A stretch of DNA of 42,580 bases from a virus (IMGVR_UViG_2917393062_000002:1-42580), one strand, 5' to 3'. Positions 9,560 to 18,370 are shown, numbered from the stretch's first letter. Translations and numbers: made by a program. Notes: generated by a model not told the origin, from the letters alone.

Positions 9560-9841
9560 ATGTACGCACTGAAAAAAATTACGGTAACTGAAGATGGTCG
9601 CCAGGTTGAGGAAGTGCATGTCCTGGGGGATATGTATCGTCTGGAGTTCTATCCGCGTGACACTCATCTTGCAGCAAAAATTGAGTATTGCCGGGGCGGG
9701 GGTATTCCATGTATTCCGGTAGAAAAAGAGGATGAGGCTTACATTACCACGCTGACTGGAGACACGGTGCGTTGTATCTGTCGCGGTGACAGTAAAGCCA
9801 GGAATGAAATAGCCAGATGCCGAACCCATACCAGTAAATAA
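9560..9841 (+). CDS. Hypothetical Cys-rich protein
   Basis: 93-aa ORF with GGAGG 8 nt upstream of ATG; no TM segment. Confidence 0.35.
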   Translation: MYALKKITVTEDGRQVEEVHVLGDMYRLEFYPRDTHLAAKIEYCRGGGIPCIPVEKEDEAYITTLTGDTVRCICRGDSKARNEIARCRTHTSK

Positions 9842-9846
9842 AAAGT

Positions 9847-9881
9847 AAAACCCCGGCTGCTGGAACAGTCCGGGGTTTTTG
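9847..9881 (+). terminator. Rho-independent terminator
   Basis: AAAACCCCGG-ctgctggaacagt-CCGGGG-TTTTT. Confidence 0.65.
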
Positions 9882-9971
9882 GTTTTCACGTCAAAGAGGA
9901 AATTGTGATCAGTGAGTACGGAGAAAATCCTCGTGGGGAAGTATAAAAGATTCTTTTTGAGGTTGTCCATT

Positions 9972-10085
9972 ATGAAAGGTATAGAAGTGGAAACTCCCGC
10001 GAGCCTTGATTTGACAAGGGCTGCGGCCTTTGCAATTCGCCTTGTGGCGGTCGCTGTTCTGATTTGGGCTGTGCGTTGGTGGTGA
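9972..10085 (+). CDS. Small single-TM peptide (37 aa)
   Basis: ATG 9 nt after GAGG; MKGIEVETPASLDLTRAAAFAIRLVAVAVLIWAVRWW; stop is 1 nt before the next ATG; below the ORF-track size cut-off. Confidence 0.3.
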   Translation: MKGIEVETPASLDLTRAAAFAIRLVAVAVLIWAVRWW

Positions 10086-10086
10086 C

Positions 10087-10284
10087 ATGAGCCGAAAACA
10101 CTGGACACACAGAATGCCGCGAACGGCGGCGAAATGGGCACTGGTAGCGATACTGGTGCCTTTTTTCTTGGTGGGATGCGTCAGTCTGGATAAGGCGCGC
10201 CAGTTTTTGGACGCTGCTTCTCAGGTTTGCCAGTTGATTGATGGTGTTCGACGTTGTTTTGAAATAAATGATCATTATCAATGA
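10087..10284 (+). CDS. Small lipoprotein (lipobox LVGC)
   Basis: 65 aa; signal peptide KWALVAILVPFFLVG|C; tightly coupled to the upstream TM peptide ORF. Confidence 0.5.
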   Translation: MSRKHWTHRMPRTAAKWALVAILVPFFLVGCVSLDKARQFLDAASQVCQLIDGVRRCFEINDHYQ

Positions 10285-10339
10285 GTTAGCATGGTTCTGA
10301 TGATAATTTCTCCATGCGTACGCAACAATTGGAGAAAAT

Positions 10340-10603
10340 ATGAAAAGTATTGCTGACTATCTTAATGATACTCAAGGTACGGGGCCCGCTGTAGGTAAGA
10401 TGTTTGGCCTGTATGGTATGCAGATTGGACGATTCATAGGGGCAGAAGGACGAAAACTTCACCTTGTATTCGTCCATCCTGTAAATGGGCGTATGGATGT
10501 GCCAATTCATATTGAAATGCCGATTCCTATTCGTATTAATGGAGGGAATATTGAAGGACCTATTATGAATCCAGTGCTGAACGATATTATTCAACTTGAT
10601 TAA
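10340..10603 (+). CDS. Hypothetical protein
   Basis: 87-aa ORF with GGAG upstream; followed by a terminator. Confidence 0.4.
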   Translation: MKSIADYLNDTQGTGPAVGKMFGLYGMQIGRFIGAEGRKLHLVFVHPVNGRMDVPIHIEMPIPIRINGGNIEGPIMNPVLNDIIQLD

Positions 10604-10620
10604 ATAATGAATTCAAATCA

Positions 10621-10644
10621 AACCCGCTTCGGCGGGTTTTTTTA
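10621..10644 (+). terminator. Rho-independent terminator
   Basis: CCCGC-ttcg-GCGGG + TTTTTTT. Confidence 0.65.
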
Positions 10645-11037
10645 TTGTCAATAATAAAACTCCTCTTCAGGAGGTTGGAATTTTTGGAGTAATTATGTGG
10701 AAAACTACAGGTGAGAAAGTGATTGTTGCATATGTTAATGGTAATGCGAAATACTCACGTATCGAAATGAGCGGTCAACATGCTCGATTGATTCGTGAGT
10801 AACAGGCATTACAGCAGCCCTTCAGTGAGGGGCTGCGATAATGCAACACAGGAATAAAAACCGGCCAGGGAGAATCCGTTAAAGATCTGCCGGTGGCGAA
10901 AAAGTGCCAGGCGCTCAACCTAAGCTGATTCTCTGTTGAATACAATAATTTTATTTACATCTATGTGAATGCGTAGGGCTTCTGTGATGCACGTCATGTT
11001 AACGATGTATGGATATGCGAATCATTCCCATTTTCAC

Positions 11038-11110
11038 GGGTCCTTCCTGAATTTTGGAACACCGAGGGGATGCGGACACGCAGAAATCGCCAAATTTTTG
11101 CATTTTCATC
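11038..11110 (+). repeat. Copy A of a conserved ~50-90 bp element (GGGTCCTTCCTGAAnnnTGGAACACCGAGGGGATGCGGACnCGCAnAAA...TTTTTGCATTTTCAT)
   Basis: Near-identical to copies at 19365 and 21835; lies about 120-165 bp upstream of helper terS. Confidence 0.6.
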
Positions 11111-11203
11111 GTTCATCACCACCACTGTAATTTATTGATAATGAAAGGTTAAAAAAAAGTTGGTGTCGAAAGTGCTCGTTTTTTGTTCATCACTGGAGGG
11201 TAA

Positions 11204-11704
11204 GTGGATAAGGAACTGAAACACCTTGTTCTTAATGTCAGCCAGTTGGCTGCGCTGTCTGGTGTGCACCGACAGACTGTCGCATCAAGAATCAAAAATG
11301 TCCGAACAGCGGGTGGACATGAAAGTAATCTCAAGCTGTATAAACTTACCGATATTCTGGCAGAGCTAATGAAATTGCCACCGCCTGTCGCTGAAGGGGA
11401 GATGGATCCCCATGACCGAAAAGCCTGGTATCAGTCAGAACGTGAACGCCTGAAATTCGAACAGGAGGTCGGAGAACTGATCCCTGCGTCTGATGTCGCT
11501 CGTGAATTTGCTGAAATGGCAAAGGCTATGGTGCAGGTTCTGGAAACTCTCCCCGATATTCTTGAACGCGATTGTGCTCTTGAGCCTTCGGCTGTCATGC
11601 GGGTGCAAAGCATTATTGATGATCTGCGTGACGAAATTGCACGACGGGTGGCAGATGACAGCAAACAGGAAGATGCAGAGGAGGAAAATCAGGAGGACGA
11701 ATAA
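11204..11704 (+). CDS. terS: Terminase small subunit (helper phage)
   Basis: GTG after GGAGGG; 166 aa; HTH-like N-terminus, acidic C-terminus; stop overlaps terL start; paralogue at 21994..22476. Confidence 0.65.
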   Translation: MDKELKHLVLNVSQLAALSGVHRQTVASRIKNVRTAGGHESNLKLYKLTDILAELMKLPPPVAEGEMDPHDRKAWYQSERERLKFEQEVGELIPASDVAREFAEMAKAMVQVLETLPDILERDCALEPSAVMRVQSIIDDLRDEIARRVADDSKQEDAEEENQEDE

Positions 11705-12699
11705 TGCCTGTGCAGGCGACCGCCAGATCGTTGAAACTGGATACAGGCCAGTTAATTAAAGCGCCGCGCAGAATGCCTGTTGCCGAAGCGGTACAAAAAT
11801 TTATGCGAGTCCCTACATCTGGTGGCAACTCTGTTCCGTGGGATCCGATGGTTGCACCGTATGTGATTGAACCCATGAACTGCCTGTCGTCCCGTGAGTT
11901 TGATGCGGTTGTTTTTGTTGGTCCTGCCCGTACGGGCAAGACTAACGGCCTGATTGATGGCTGGGTGGTTTATAACATTGTCTGCGATCCGTCTGACTTT
12001 TTGCTGGTGCAGATGACGCAGGATAAGGCGCAGGAGCACTCCAAAAAGCGCCTGGCAAGAACATTTCGTTGCAGCCCGGAGGTCAGAAAACGCCTCAGCC
12101 CACGCCGTAACGATAACAACGTTCATGACAAATATTTTCTGTCGGGCAGCTTTCTGAAAATCGGCTGGCCTTCCATCAATGTCATGTCATCCTCTGATTT
12201 TAAATGTGTGGCGCTGACTGATTACGACCGATTTCCTGAAGATATCGATGGCGAAGGTGATGGTTTCTCCCTGGCTTCAAAACGTACCACAACATTTATG
12301 TCAGCTGGTATGACGCTGGTGGAGAGTTCTCCCGGGCGTGAAATCACAAACAGCAAGTGGCGCAGAACGTCACCGCATGAAGCCCCGCCCACCACGGGGA
12401 TCCTTTCTCTGTATAACCGTGGCGATCGTCGTCGCTGGTACTGGCCTTGTCCGGATTGTGGTGATTATTTCCAGCCATCGATGGAGGCTATGACGGGATA
12501 TCGTGACAATCCTGATCCTGTAAAAGCCAGTGAAGCGGCTCATATATTGTGTCCGCATTGTGGCAGTCAAATCACTGCAGATATGAAACGTGAACTGAAT
12601 GGTCGCGGTGTCTGGTTGCGTGAAGGTGAGCAGATTGACAGAGAAGGGAATGTTACCGGAACGCCACGTCATTCAAGGATAGCCAGCTTCTGGATGTAG
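11704..12699 (+). CDS. terL: Terminase large subunit (GpA-like), N-terminal ATPase part, interrupted by island insertion
   Basis: 331 aa with P-loop VGPARTGKT and CPDCG...CPHCG Zn-finger-like motif; ends ...IASFWM then TAG supplied by inserted DNA; continues in frame at 22703 after removing the insertion. Confidence 0.8.
   Translation: MPVQATARSLKLDTGQLIKAPRRMPVAEAVQKFMRVPTSGGNSVPWDPMVAPYVIEPMNCLSSREFDAVVFVGPARTGKTNGLIDGWVVYNIVCDPSDFLLVQMTQDKAQEHSKKRLARTFRCSPEVRKRLSPRRNDNNVHDKYFLSGSFLKIGWPSINVMSSSDFKCVALTDYDRFPEDIDGEGDGFSLASKRTTTFMSAGMTLVESSPGREITNSKWRRTSPHEAPPTTGILSLYNRGDRRRWYWPCPDCGDYFQPSMEAMTGYRDNPDPVKASEAAHILCPHCGSQITADMKRELNGRGVWLREGEQIDREGNVTGTPRHSRIASFWM
12688..12699 (+). other. Left junction (attL-like) with core CTGGATG
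   Basis: TTCTGGATG|TAGGGTACATTTC: terL sequence changes to AT-rich island DNA; same 7-bp core at 22696..22702. Confidence 0.5.
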
Positions 12700-12860
12700 G
12701 GTACATTTCTTACCTGTTTTTATGTTCTGGTGTCGTTTTATAGTCTTTTCAATGAGTTGTGATTTTTTGAGTTTCCTCTCTTTACTTGATAATGAGTTAG
12801 TTTATCGCTTGTTATCGACTTGAATGGACTACATGACGGACTAAAAAATGAGGGCGACAG

Positions 12861-14099
12861 ATGTCGGTAAAGCCATTAACCGTGACTGAAGTTAAGGGGA
12901 TGAAACCACGTGAAAAGGACTATGCTGTTTATGATGGGTTCGGTTTATTGCTGAATGTGAGTAAAGCTGGTGGGAAAGTGTGGCGTTTTCGTTATAGCCA
13001 TCCGATAACGAAGAAACGGCAGACATACACGATAGGGCGTTTTCCTGAATTCTCACTCGCGGAAGCACGGGAAGTACGTGATGAACTTCGGCGAATGATT
13101 GCACGTGGAGTTGATCCAGTGACAGAGAAGAAAAATCGTAAAATTGAGATGGCACTAAAAAATCTACAGACATTTGAATCTGTTGCTAATGCATGGGTTG
13201 CCTTTAAAAAGGGAGCAGAATTGCGGAAGCCTACGTTAAATAACATCGAATATGAAGTATATAAATATCTTGTTCCTTTCTTTGGTAAATATAGTATAGA
13301 TAAGATTACAGCGCCATTAGCAATTAAGATACTGGATGCAGTATCTGATAAAAATGCGTTGCAAAAAAAATTAATATCAAGATTAAATGAAATTATGAAT
13401 TATGCCGTAAATTGTGGTGCGTTAAAAATAAATCCATTGCTTAAAATAAAGACTGCATTCGCTGGAAAGAAAAATAAATCATTGGCTGCGTTACCTATAG
13501 AAAGATTACCTGAATTTCTGAGTTGGTGGGATAGTGTGCCTCATAACTACCAAATAGCGCATAATGCACTTTTATTCCAGGTATTGACCATGGTCAGGCC
13601 GGGAGAGGCGATCCAGGCAGAGTGGTCAGAGATAGATTTTGATGCTGGTCTGTGGGTTATTCCTGAGCATAAAATGAAATGCCATCGTGAACATGTTGTG
13701 CCCCTGTCATCACAGGCCATTAGCATCCTGAGAACAATGCAGGAAATAAAAAGAGGGCGTTATGTATTCTATTCATCCAGAACCAAAGACGCGCCTATGG
13801 GGAGGAAAACTATAAATACTGCGATTACCTCCAGTAAGTTCAAAGGGATTGTAACGTTACATGGTTTTCGTTCGATGTGGAGTACGCTTTTAAATGAGGA
13901 AGGATTTAACCCCGATGTAATTGAGGCTGCATTAGCACATAAAAGTGGTGATAAAATAAGAGATATTTATAATAGAACTACTTATTTAGAACAACGCAAA
14001 ATTATGATGCAATGGGTAGGCGATTTTTTTGATGAGGCGAGAAAAGGGGTAATTAATAGATCCTGTGGTAAGAAAGGTTTGAGAATAGTAAATGGTTGA
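12861..14099 (+). CDS. int: Tyrosine integrase, P4-type
   Basis: 412 aa; P4-type N-terminal arm-binding signature (GGKVWRFRYSHP...FPEFSLAEAREVRDELRRMIARGVDP); C-terminal catalytic region with HGFRS and conserved Tyr; about 160 bp from attL. Confidence 0.85.
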   Translation: MSVKPLTVTEVKGMKPREKDYAVYDGFGLLLNVSKAGGKVWRFRYSHPITKKRQTYTIGRFPEFSLAEAREVRDELRRMIARGVDPVTEKKNRKIEMALKNLQTFESVANAWVAFKKGAELRKPTLNNIEYEVYKYLVPFFGKYSIDKITAPLAIKILDAVSDKNALQKKLISRLNEIMNYAVNCGALKINPLLKIKTAFAGKKNKSLAALPIERLPEFLSWWDSVPHNYQIAHNALLFQVLTMVRPGEAIQAEWSEIDFDAGLWVIPEHKMKCHREHVVPLSSQAISILRTMQEIKRGRYVFYSSRTKDAPMGRKTINTAITSSKFKGIVTLHGFRSMWSTLLNEEGFNPDVIEAALAHKSGDKIRDIYNRTTYLEQRKIMMQWVGDFFDEARKGVINRSCGKKGLRIVNG

Positions 14100-14111
14100 G
14101 GAGTTCAGCAA

Positions 14112-14315
14112 ATGAATACCAATGAAGATATTTTATTTACTAAAGACGTAATGAAAATTTTGCGCTATGGGGCAATGAGCGCATTCATTAATTTCTGGAA
14201 AGATGAAAGCAATGGTTTTCCTCAACCGTTCAGAATTGGGCGGCGGCATACCTGGCACCGTAGAGATGTAGAGGCATGGTTAGATAAACAACGAGAACAG
14301 GCCAATCCCCACTAA
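14112..14315 (+). CDS. AlpA-like small DNA-binding protein (excisionase/regulator candidate)
   Basis: 67 aa; AlpA-like pattern (FPQPFRIGRRHTWHRRDVEAWL); immediately downstream of int. Confidence 0.5.
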   Translation: MNTNEDILFTKDVMKILRYGAMSAFINFWKDESNGFPQPFRIGRRHTWHRRDVEAWLDKQREQANPH

Positions 14316-14374
14316 TAATATCTTTCATACCCCGCACACAATGCGGGGTTTTTTGTATGTGAGGTAAAAAAACG

Positions 14375-14956
14375 ATGAATAAAAATATTGCCGTGACGGG
14401 CAAGGGTGACGCTCGTCCAGTGAAAAATTTCTGCAATATTCGTGATCTAATCGTTCTGCGCTTTGATGGCGTGGATGTTCGCGTGGTGTATCTGAATGGC
14501 GATCCGTGGTTTGTTGCAAAGGATGTTTGTGAAGCTCTGGAAATAAGCAACTCACGCGATGCTCTAAAAGCTCTGGATGTGGATGAGAAGAATACCGTCG
14601 CTTTAAGCTACGGTATTCGCGGAAATCCAAATCATAGCGTCGTTTCTGAATCTGGTTTTTACAAGCTGATCGCCAGAAGTCGCAAAGCTGTTACTCCTGG
14701 CACGTTCGCCCATCGTTTCAGTAATTGGGTATTCAGAAATGTGATACCGGGTATCAGAAAAACGGGGGCTTATGGTATCCCGTGGGGCGCATTACAGGAT
14801 TTTTCCCGCCGTAAAGAGCAATATCAGATAAGTGCCAGCGAGAAGGGGAGGGAGCTACAGGCATGTAAGCGCAAAAAGCGTGAGCTGGAGGAAGAAGAAA
14901 AAAGGCTGATACGTGAATATCAGCCTGAGTTTTACTTTGACAACTGCATTCAGTGA
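14375..14956 (+). CDS. Bro-N domain protein (antirepressor-like)
   Basis: 193 aa; N-terminal Bro-N-like motifs (WFVAKDVCEALEI, SESGFYKLIARSRK, FSNWVFRNVIPGIRKTGAYG). Confidence 0.6.
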   Translation: MNKNIAVTGKGDARPVKNFCNIRDLIVLRFDGVDVRVVYLNGDPWFVAKDVCEALEISNSRDALKALDVDEKNTVALSYGIRGNPNHSVVSESGFYKLIARSRKAVTPGTFAHRFSNWVFRNVIPGIRKTGAYGIPWGALQDFSRRKEQYQISASEKGRELQACKRKKRELEEEEKRLIREYQPEFYFDNCIQ

Positions 14957-15049
14957 CAAAACAAAGGCGACCGGGGGCGGTCGCCAATGGGAAAACACTA
15001 AACATAAGCACGGGGATGATAGCCGCTATCAGGCTGGTGGGCAATGCAA

Positions 15050-15238
15050 TCAGTCTTGTTCAGTTCGTTGCCATACCTGCAATGAGCGCGTTTCCCTGTA
15101 CTCTTTAAGGAATTGCTCAAGGGCAAAAGCACATGGCGCGAATCTTTCTGATTCATGCTCTATCTTTCTGCGCCGTCTTTTCCGTGCCGGTGATAATGTT
15201 TTGGTCAATTCTTTATCGGTCATTGTGTTGTCCTGCAT
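15050..15238 (-). CDS. Hypothetical basic protein, possibly co-transcribed with the RHH-like gene
   Basis: 62-aa minus-strand ORF downstream of the RHH-like gene; weak RBS. Confidence 0.25.
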   Translation of the reverse strand: MQDNTMTDKELTKTLSPARKRRRRKIEHESERFAPCAFALEQFLKEYRETRSLQVWQRTEQD

Positions 15239-15280
15239 AGCAATGCGCCGTAATACCTTACACCACGGCGCTGGTGATGG

Positions 15281-15460
15281 TTATTCCTGCTCTTTGGCCT
15301 TGCGACGCTGGCGGTATTCAACTTCTCGCTTTAATGCTGCTGTTACAAACTGCCCTGTACTTTCACCAGGCATTTTTACCGCCTCAACATTGTTCATAAC
15401 TTCATGCGGAACCCTTGCCGCAACTGTTTGTGATTTTGCGTTTACTGCTTTTGTCGCCAT
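15281..15460 (-). CDS. Small ribbon-helix-helix-like DNA-binding protein (candidate island repressor), 59 aa
   Basis: Minus-strand ATG at 15460 preceded by AAGGGG; MATKAVNAKSQTVAARVPHEVMNNVEAVKMPGESTGQFVTAALKREVEYRQRRKAKEQE (beta-strand then two helices); divergent from operator repeats; below ORF-track cut-off. Confidence 0.4.
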   Translation of the reverse strand: MATKAVNAKSQTVAARVPHEVMNNVEAVKMPGESTGQFVTAALKREVEYRQRRKAKEQE

Positions 15461-15510
15461 GTTGTGTACCCCTTACAAAAAACAAATGCAGTATGCAGGA
15501 AAAAAAATAA

Positions 15511-15562
15511 GTGTTCAACACTTGACGTGTTTAACACCAGGGCTTAAATTGGTGTTCAACAC
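15511..15562 (+). promoter_or_regulatory. Three palindromic operator-like sites GTGTT(C/T)AACAC overlapping a candidate rightward promoter
   Basis: GTGTTCAACAC at 15511 and 15552, GTGTTTAACAC at 15527; TTGACG at 15522 and TTAAAT about 17 bp downstream; between divergent RHH gene and rightward operon. Confidence 0.5.
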
Positions 15563-15658
15563 CTTGTTGATGCAAGGTGCAGAAACGACGAAACCCGGCA
15601 GTGCGCTAACACTAACCGGGCTTCTAACCACCAACGATAGAAAGCGTATCGAGGTAGC

Positions 15659-15866
15659 TATGTTAAATCATACCACACACCCGCAAGGGCGGGACTCGCA
15701 CAACCTGAATAAATACATCTGGCGTTTTATCGCCCTGAGCACGGCACAACCGCGCGTGATTACCATTGAGGCCACCAGCGAACAGGAAGCACGCCAGCAA
15801 TCTCCTGATGGCTGTGTGATGGTATTCGCCGCCCGTATTCGCCAGGGGGTGCACCATGTGCAATAA
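15659..15866 (+). CDS. Hypothetical protein (first gene of rightward island operon)
   Basis: ATG after GAGG; 68 aa C-terminal part of a 317-aa track ORF whose upstream part looks non-coding. Confidence 0.35.
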
Positions 15867-16086
15867 AAACACGCCGGACGCAGCAGGCGAAGCATTGAAA
15901 GTACTGATACATGCGCTTGTGGATATAAATTGCATGGTAGAGATCATGGAGAAGAAATCACAGTCGGAGTACGACAAAAGAAAATTTAAAACAATAAAAA
16001 TAATTACCAAAAACTCACTGACAAAAGCTACAGACATCCTCAATGAGGACACTAAAAGAATCAGGGGGAAACTGTGTGATGCATAA
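15856..16086 (+). CDS. Hypothetical protein
   Basis: 76-aa ORF overlapping upstream stop; AGGGGG upstream. Confidence 0.35.
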   Translation: MCNKNTPDAAGEALKVLIHALVDINCMVEIMEKKSQSEYDKRKFKTIKIITKNSLTKATDILNEDTKRIRGKLCDA

Positions 16087-16306
16087 AATACCTTTTGATG
16101 TTCTTATTCATTCTGAAAACGCATTAATCCGCGCAAAGGAAATGGAGGCATTATTACTTAAGTTAATGGAAGTGCCGGAAAATGGCGATGAATCATATCC
16201 CATGATGTTTTCTGCCGTGCACACATTATTAACGCCAGTAATTAACGAATTAAATACGGTGATGGCAATTCACGAGAATAATAAAACGCATCACACCGGA
16301 GAATAA
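16079..16306 (+). CDS. Hypothetical protein (start 16079, or 16043 per ORF track)
   Basis: In-frame ATG at 16079 preceded by GGGGAAA; overlaps upstream stop. Confidence 0.35.
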   Translation: MHKIPFDVLIHSENALIRAKEMEALLLKLMEVPENGDESYPMMFSAVHTLLTPVINELNTVMAIHENNKTHHTGE

Positions 16307-16311
16307 AAACC

Positions 16312-16611
16312 ATGAAACAGAAAAATTCTGGCTTTACTGCCAGCGGCCTCTCTCGGCCTGAAATCCGCCCCGGCGATATTTTCAAAGATAAATACGGCGG
16401 CACTGTAACGATTAAAAGCGTGGCGGGACGGTGTGTTACTTACCGCCGTGATGGGTACGGCTATGACTGCGTGATGCCTGTTTATCAGTTCCGGCGTGAT
16501 TTTTCTCTGGTACAGAACGCAACACGCGGTAAGCCCACCAGCAGGGAAAAAGCACGGGAAAATATTAAGAAAATAAAAAGCATGCTCAGCGCATCCAGAG
16601 GTAAAAAATGA
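16312..16611 (+). CDS. Hypothetical basic protein
   Basis: 99 aa; GGAG upstream; stop overlaps primase start. Confidence 0.4.
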   Translation: MKQKNSGFTASGLSRPEIRPGDIFKDKYGGTVTIKSVAGRCVTYRRDGYGYDCVMPVYQFRRDFSLVQNATRGKPTSREKARENIKKIKSMLSASRGKK

Positions 16612-18356
16612 AACTGGCACCGAACGTAAAAAAACAGCCTCGCGGAATAAAAAACAAAGACACAGAGGTAATTATTTTCGCGGGTAGTGATGCCTGGTCG
16701 CATGCGCAACAGTGGCAGGAGAAGGACGGTCCCGCATCCGGCGATAATGTGCCGCCTGTGTGGCTTGGGCCAAATCAGCTTGCCGAACTTGATGCGCTGA
16801 AAATTGTTCCGGATGGAAAAAAACGCGTAAGGCTGTACCAGGCCGGAGAACTGGATTTAGTGGAGACCAAAAAGATTGGTCAGAAGCTGGCGGCGGCAGA
16901 TATTCAGGATGCGAATTTTTACCCTGAAGGAATGCACGGTCAGAAGTGTGAAAACTGGCGGCGCTATTTGAATGCTGAGCGTGAAAATATTGCCGCAGGG
17001 CTTACCATGCCGGAGCAGAAAAATACGCAACTGGCACAGATGGCAGACAGTGAGCGCGCACAGATGCTTGCTGGTCGGTTTGATGGCGTATGTGTGCATC
17101 CGGAAAGTGAAATCGTTCACGTCTGGCGCGGCGGGGTATGGTGTCCGGTCAGCACAATGGAACTGAGTCGCGAAATGGTGGCGATTTATTCAGAACATAA
17201 GGCCACTTTCAGCAAGCGCGTAATCAGTAACGCCGTTGAAGCGTTAAAAGTTATTGCCGAACCAATGGGCGAGCCGTCCGGTGATTTGCTGCCGTTCGCC
17301 AATGGTGCGCTTGACCTGAAAACGGGGGAATTTTCCCCGCACTCGCCGGAGAACTGGATCACCACGCACAACGGTATTGAATACACGCCGCCAGTACCAG
17401 GGGAGAATATCCGCGACAACGCGCCAAACTTTCATAAATGGCTTGATCACGCTGCCGGAAAAGATCCGGGCAAGATGATGCGTATATGCGCCGCGCTATA
17501 CATGATTATGGCGAACCGGTACGACTGGCAGATGTTTATTGAGGCCACCGGAGACGGCGGGAGCGGCAAGAGCACTTTCACGCACATAGCCAGCCTTCTG
17601 GCAGGGAAACAGAACACAGTAAGCGCTGAGATGACATCGCTTGATGATGCTGGTGGGCGTGCGCAGGTTGTCGGGAGTCGGCTTATTGTCCTGGCAGACC
17701 AGCCGAAATATACAGGCGAAGGCACGGGCATCAAGAAAATCACGGGCGGCGACCCCGTGGAAATTAACCCGAAATATGAAAAGCGTTTCACAGCGGTAAT
17801 CAGGGCGGTTGTGCTGGCAACCAATAATAACCCGATGATATTCACCGAACGGGCCGGAGGCGTGGCACGTCGTCGCGTGATTTTCCGTTTCGACAATATC
17901 GTCAACGAGGCCGAAAAAGACAGGGAACTACCGGAAAAGATTGCGGCTGAAATCCCCGTCATTATCCGCCGATTACTGGCGAACTTTGCAGACCCTGAAA
18001 AGGCGCGGGCTTTACTACTGGAACAGCGTGACGGTGATGAAGCACTGGCGATAAAGCAGCAAACGGATCCGGTTATTGAGTTTTGCCAGTTCCTGAATTT
18101 TCTGGAGGAAGCACGCGGCCTGATGATGGGCGGCGGTGGCGATTCCGTGAAGTACACGACCAGAAACAGCCTTTACCGCGTCTATCTGGCGTTTATGGCA
18201 TACGCAGGCAGAACCAAACCACTAAACGTAAATGACTTTGGCAAGGCCATGAAGCCAGCCGCAAAAGCTTACGGACATGAATATATTACGCGAAAAATTA
18301 ATGGGGTGACGCAGACTAACGCAATAACAACCGACGATTGCGACGCGTTTTTATAA
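16608..18356 (+). CDS. Primase/helicase-type replication protein (P4 alpha / D5-like NTPase domain)
   Basis: 582 aa; Walker A GDGGSGKST, Walker B-like LIVLAD; immediately followed by an iteron array. Confidence 0.75.
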   Translation: MKLAPNVKKQPRGIKNKDTEVIIFAGSDAWSHAQQWQEKDGPASGDNVPPVWLGPNQLAELDALKIVPDGKKRVRLYQAGELDLVETKKIGQKLAAADIQDANFYPEGMHGQKCENWRRYLNAERENIAAGLTMPEQKNTQLAQMADSERAQMLAGRFDGVCVHPESEIVHVWRGGVWCPVSTMELSREMVAIYSEHKATFSKRVISNAVEALKVIAEPMGEPSGDLLPFANGALDLKTGEFSPHSPENWITTHNGIEYTPPVPGENIRDNAPNFHKWLDHAAGKDPGKMMRICAALYMIMANRYDWQMFIEATGDGGSGKSTFTHIASLLAGKQNTVSAEMTSLDDAGGRAQVVGSRLIVLADQPKYTGEGTGIKKITGGDPVEINPKYEKRFTAVIRAVVLATNNNPMIFTERAGGVARRRVIFRFDNIVNEAEKDRELPEKIAAEIPVIIRRLLANFADPEKARALLLEQRDGDEALAIKQQTDPVIEFCQFLNFLEEARGLMMGGGGDSVKYTTRNSLYRVYLAFMAYAGRTKPLNVNDFGKAMKPAAKAYGHEYITRKINGVTQTNAITTDDCDAFL

Positions 18357-18370
18357 TTTTTGGCAATTGC

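Noticed and set aside
10695-10802. 35-aa ORF (MWKTTGEKVIVAYVNGNAKYSRIEMSGQHARLIRE) with a good GGAG RBS between the lysis terminator and repeat A
   Set aside because: Too short and featureless to call with confidence; it could be a real small protein and is worth checking in ribosome-profiling data.
14913-15866. 317-aa plus-strand ORF spanning the island regulatory region
   Set aside because: It runs through the divergent promoter/operator region and across two better-supported minus-strand genes; its composition looks non-coding except for the last 68 aa, which I annotated separately from 15659.
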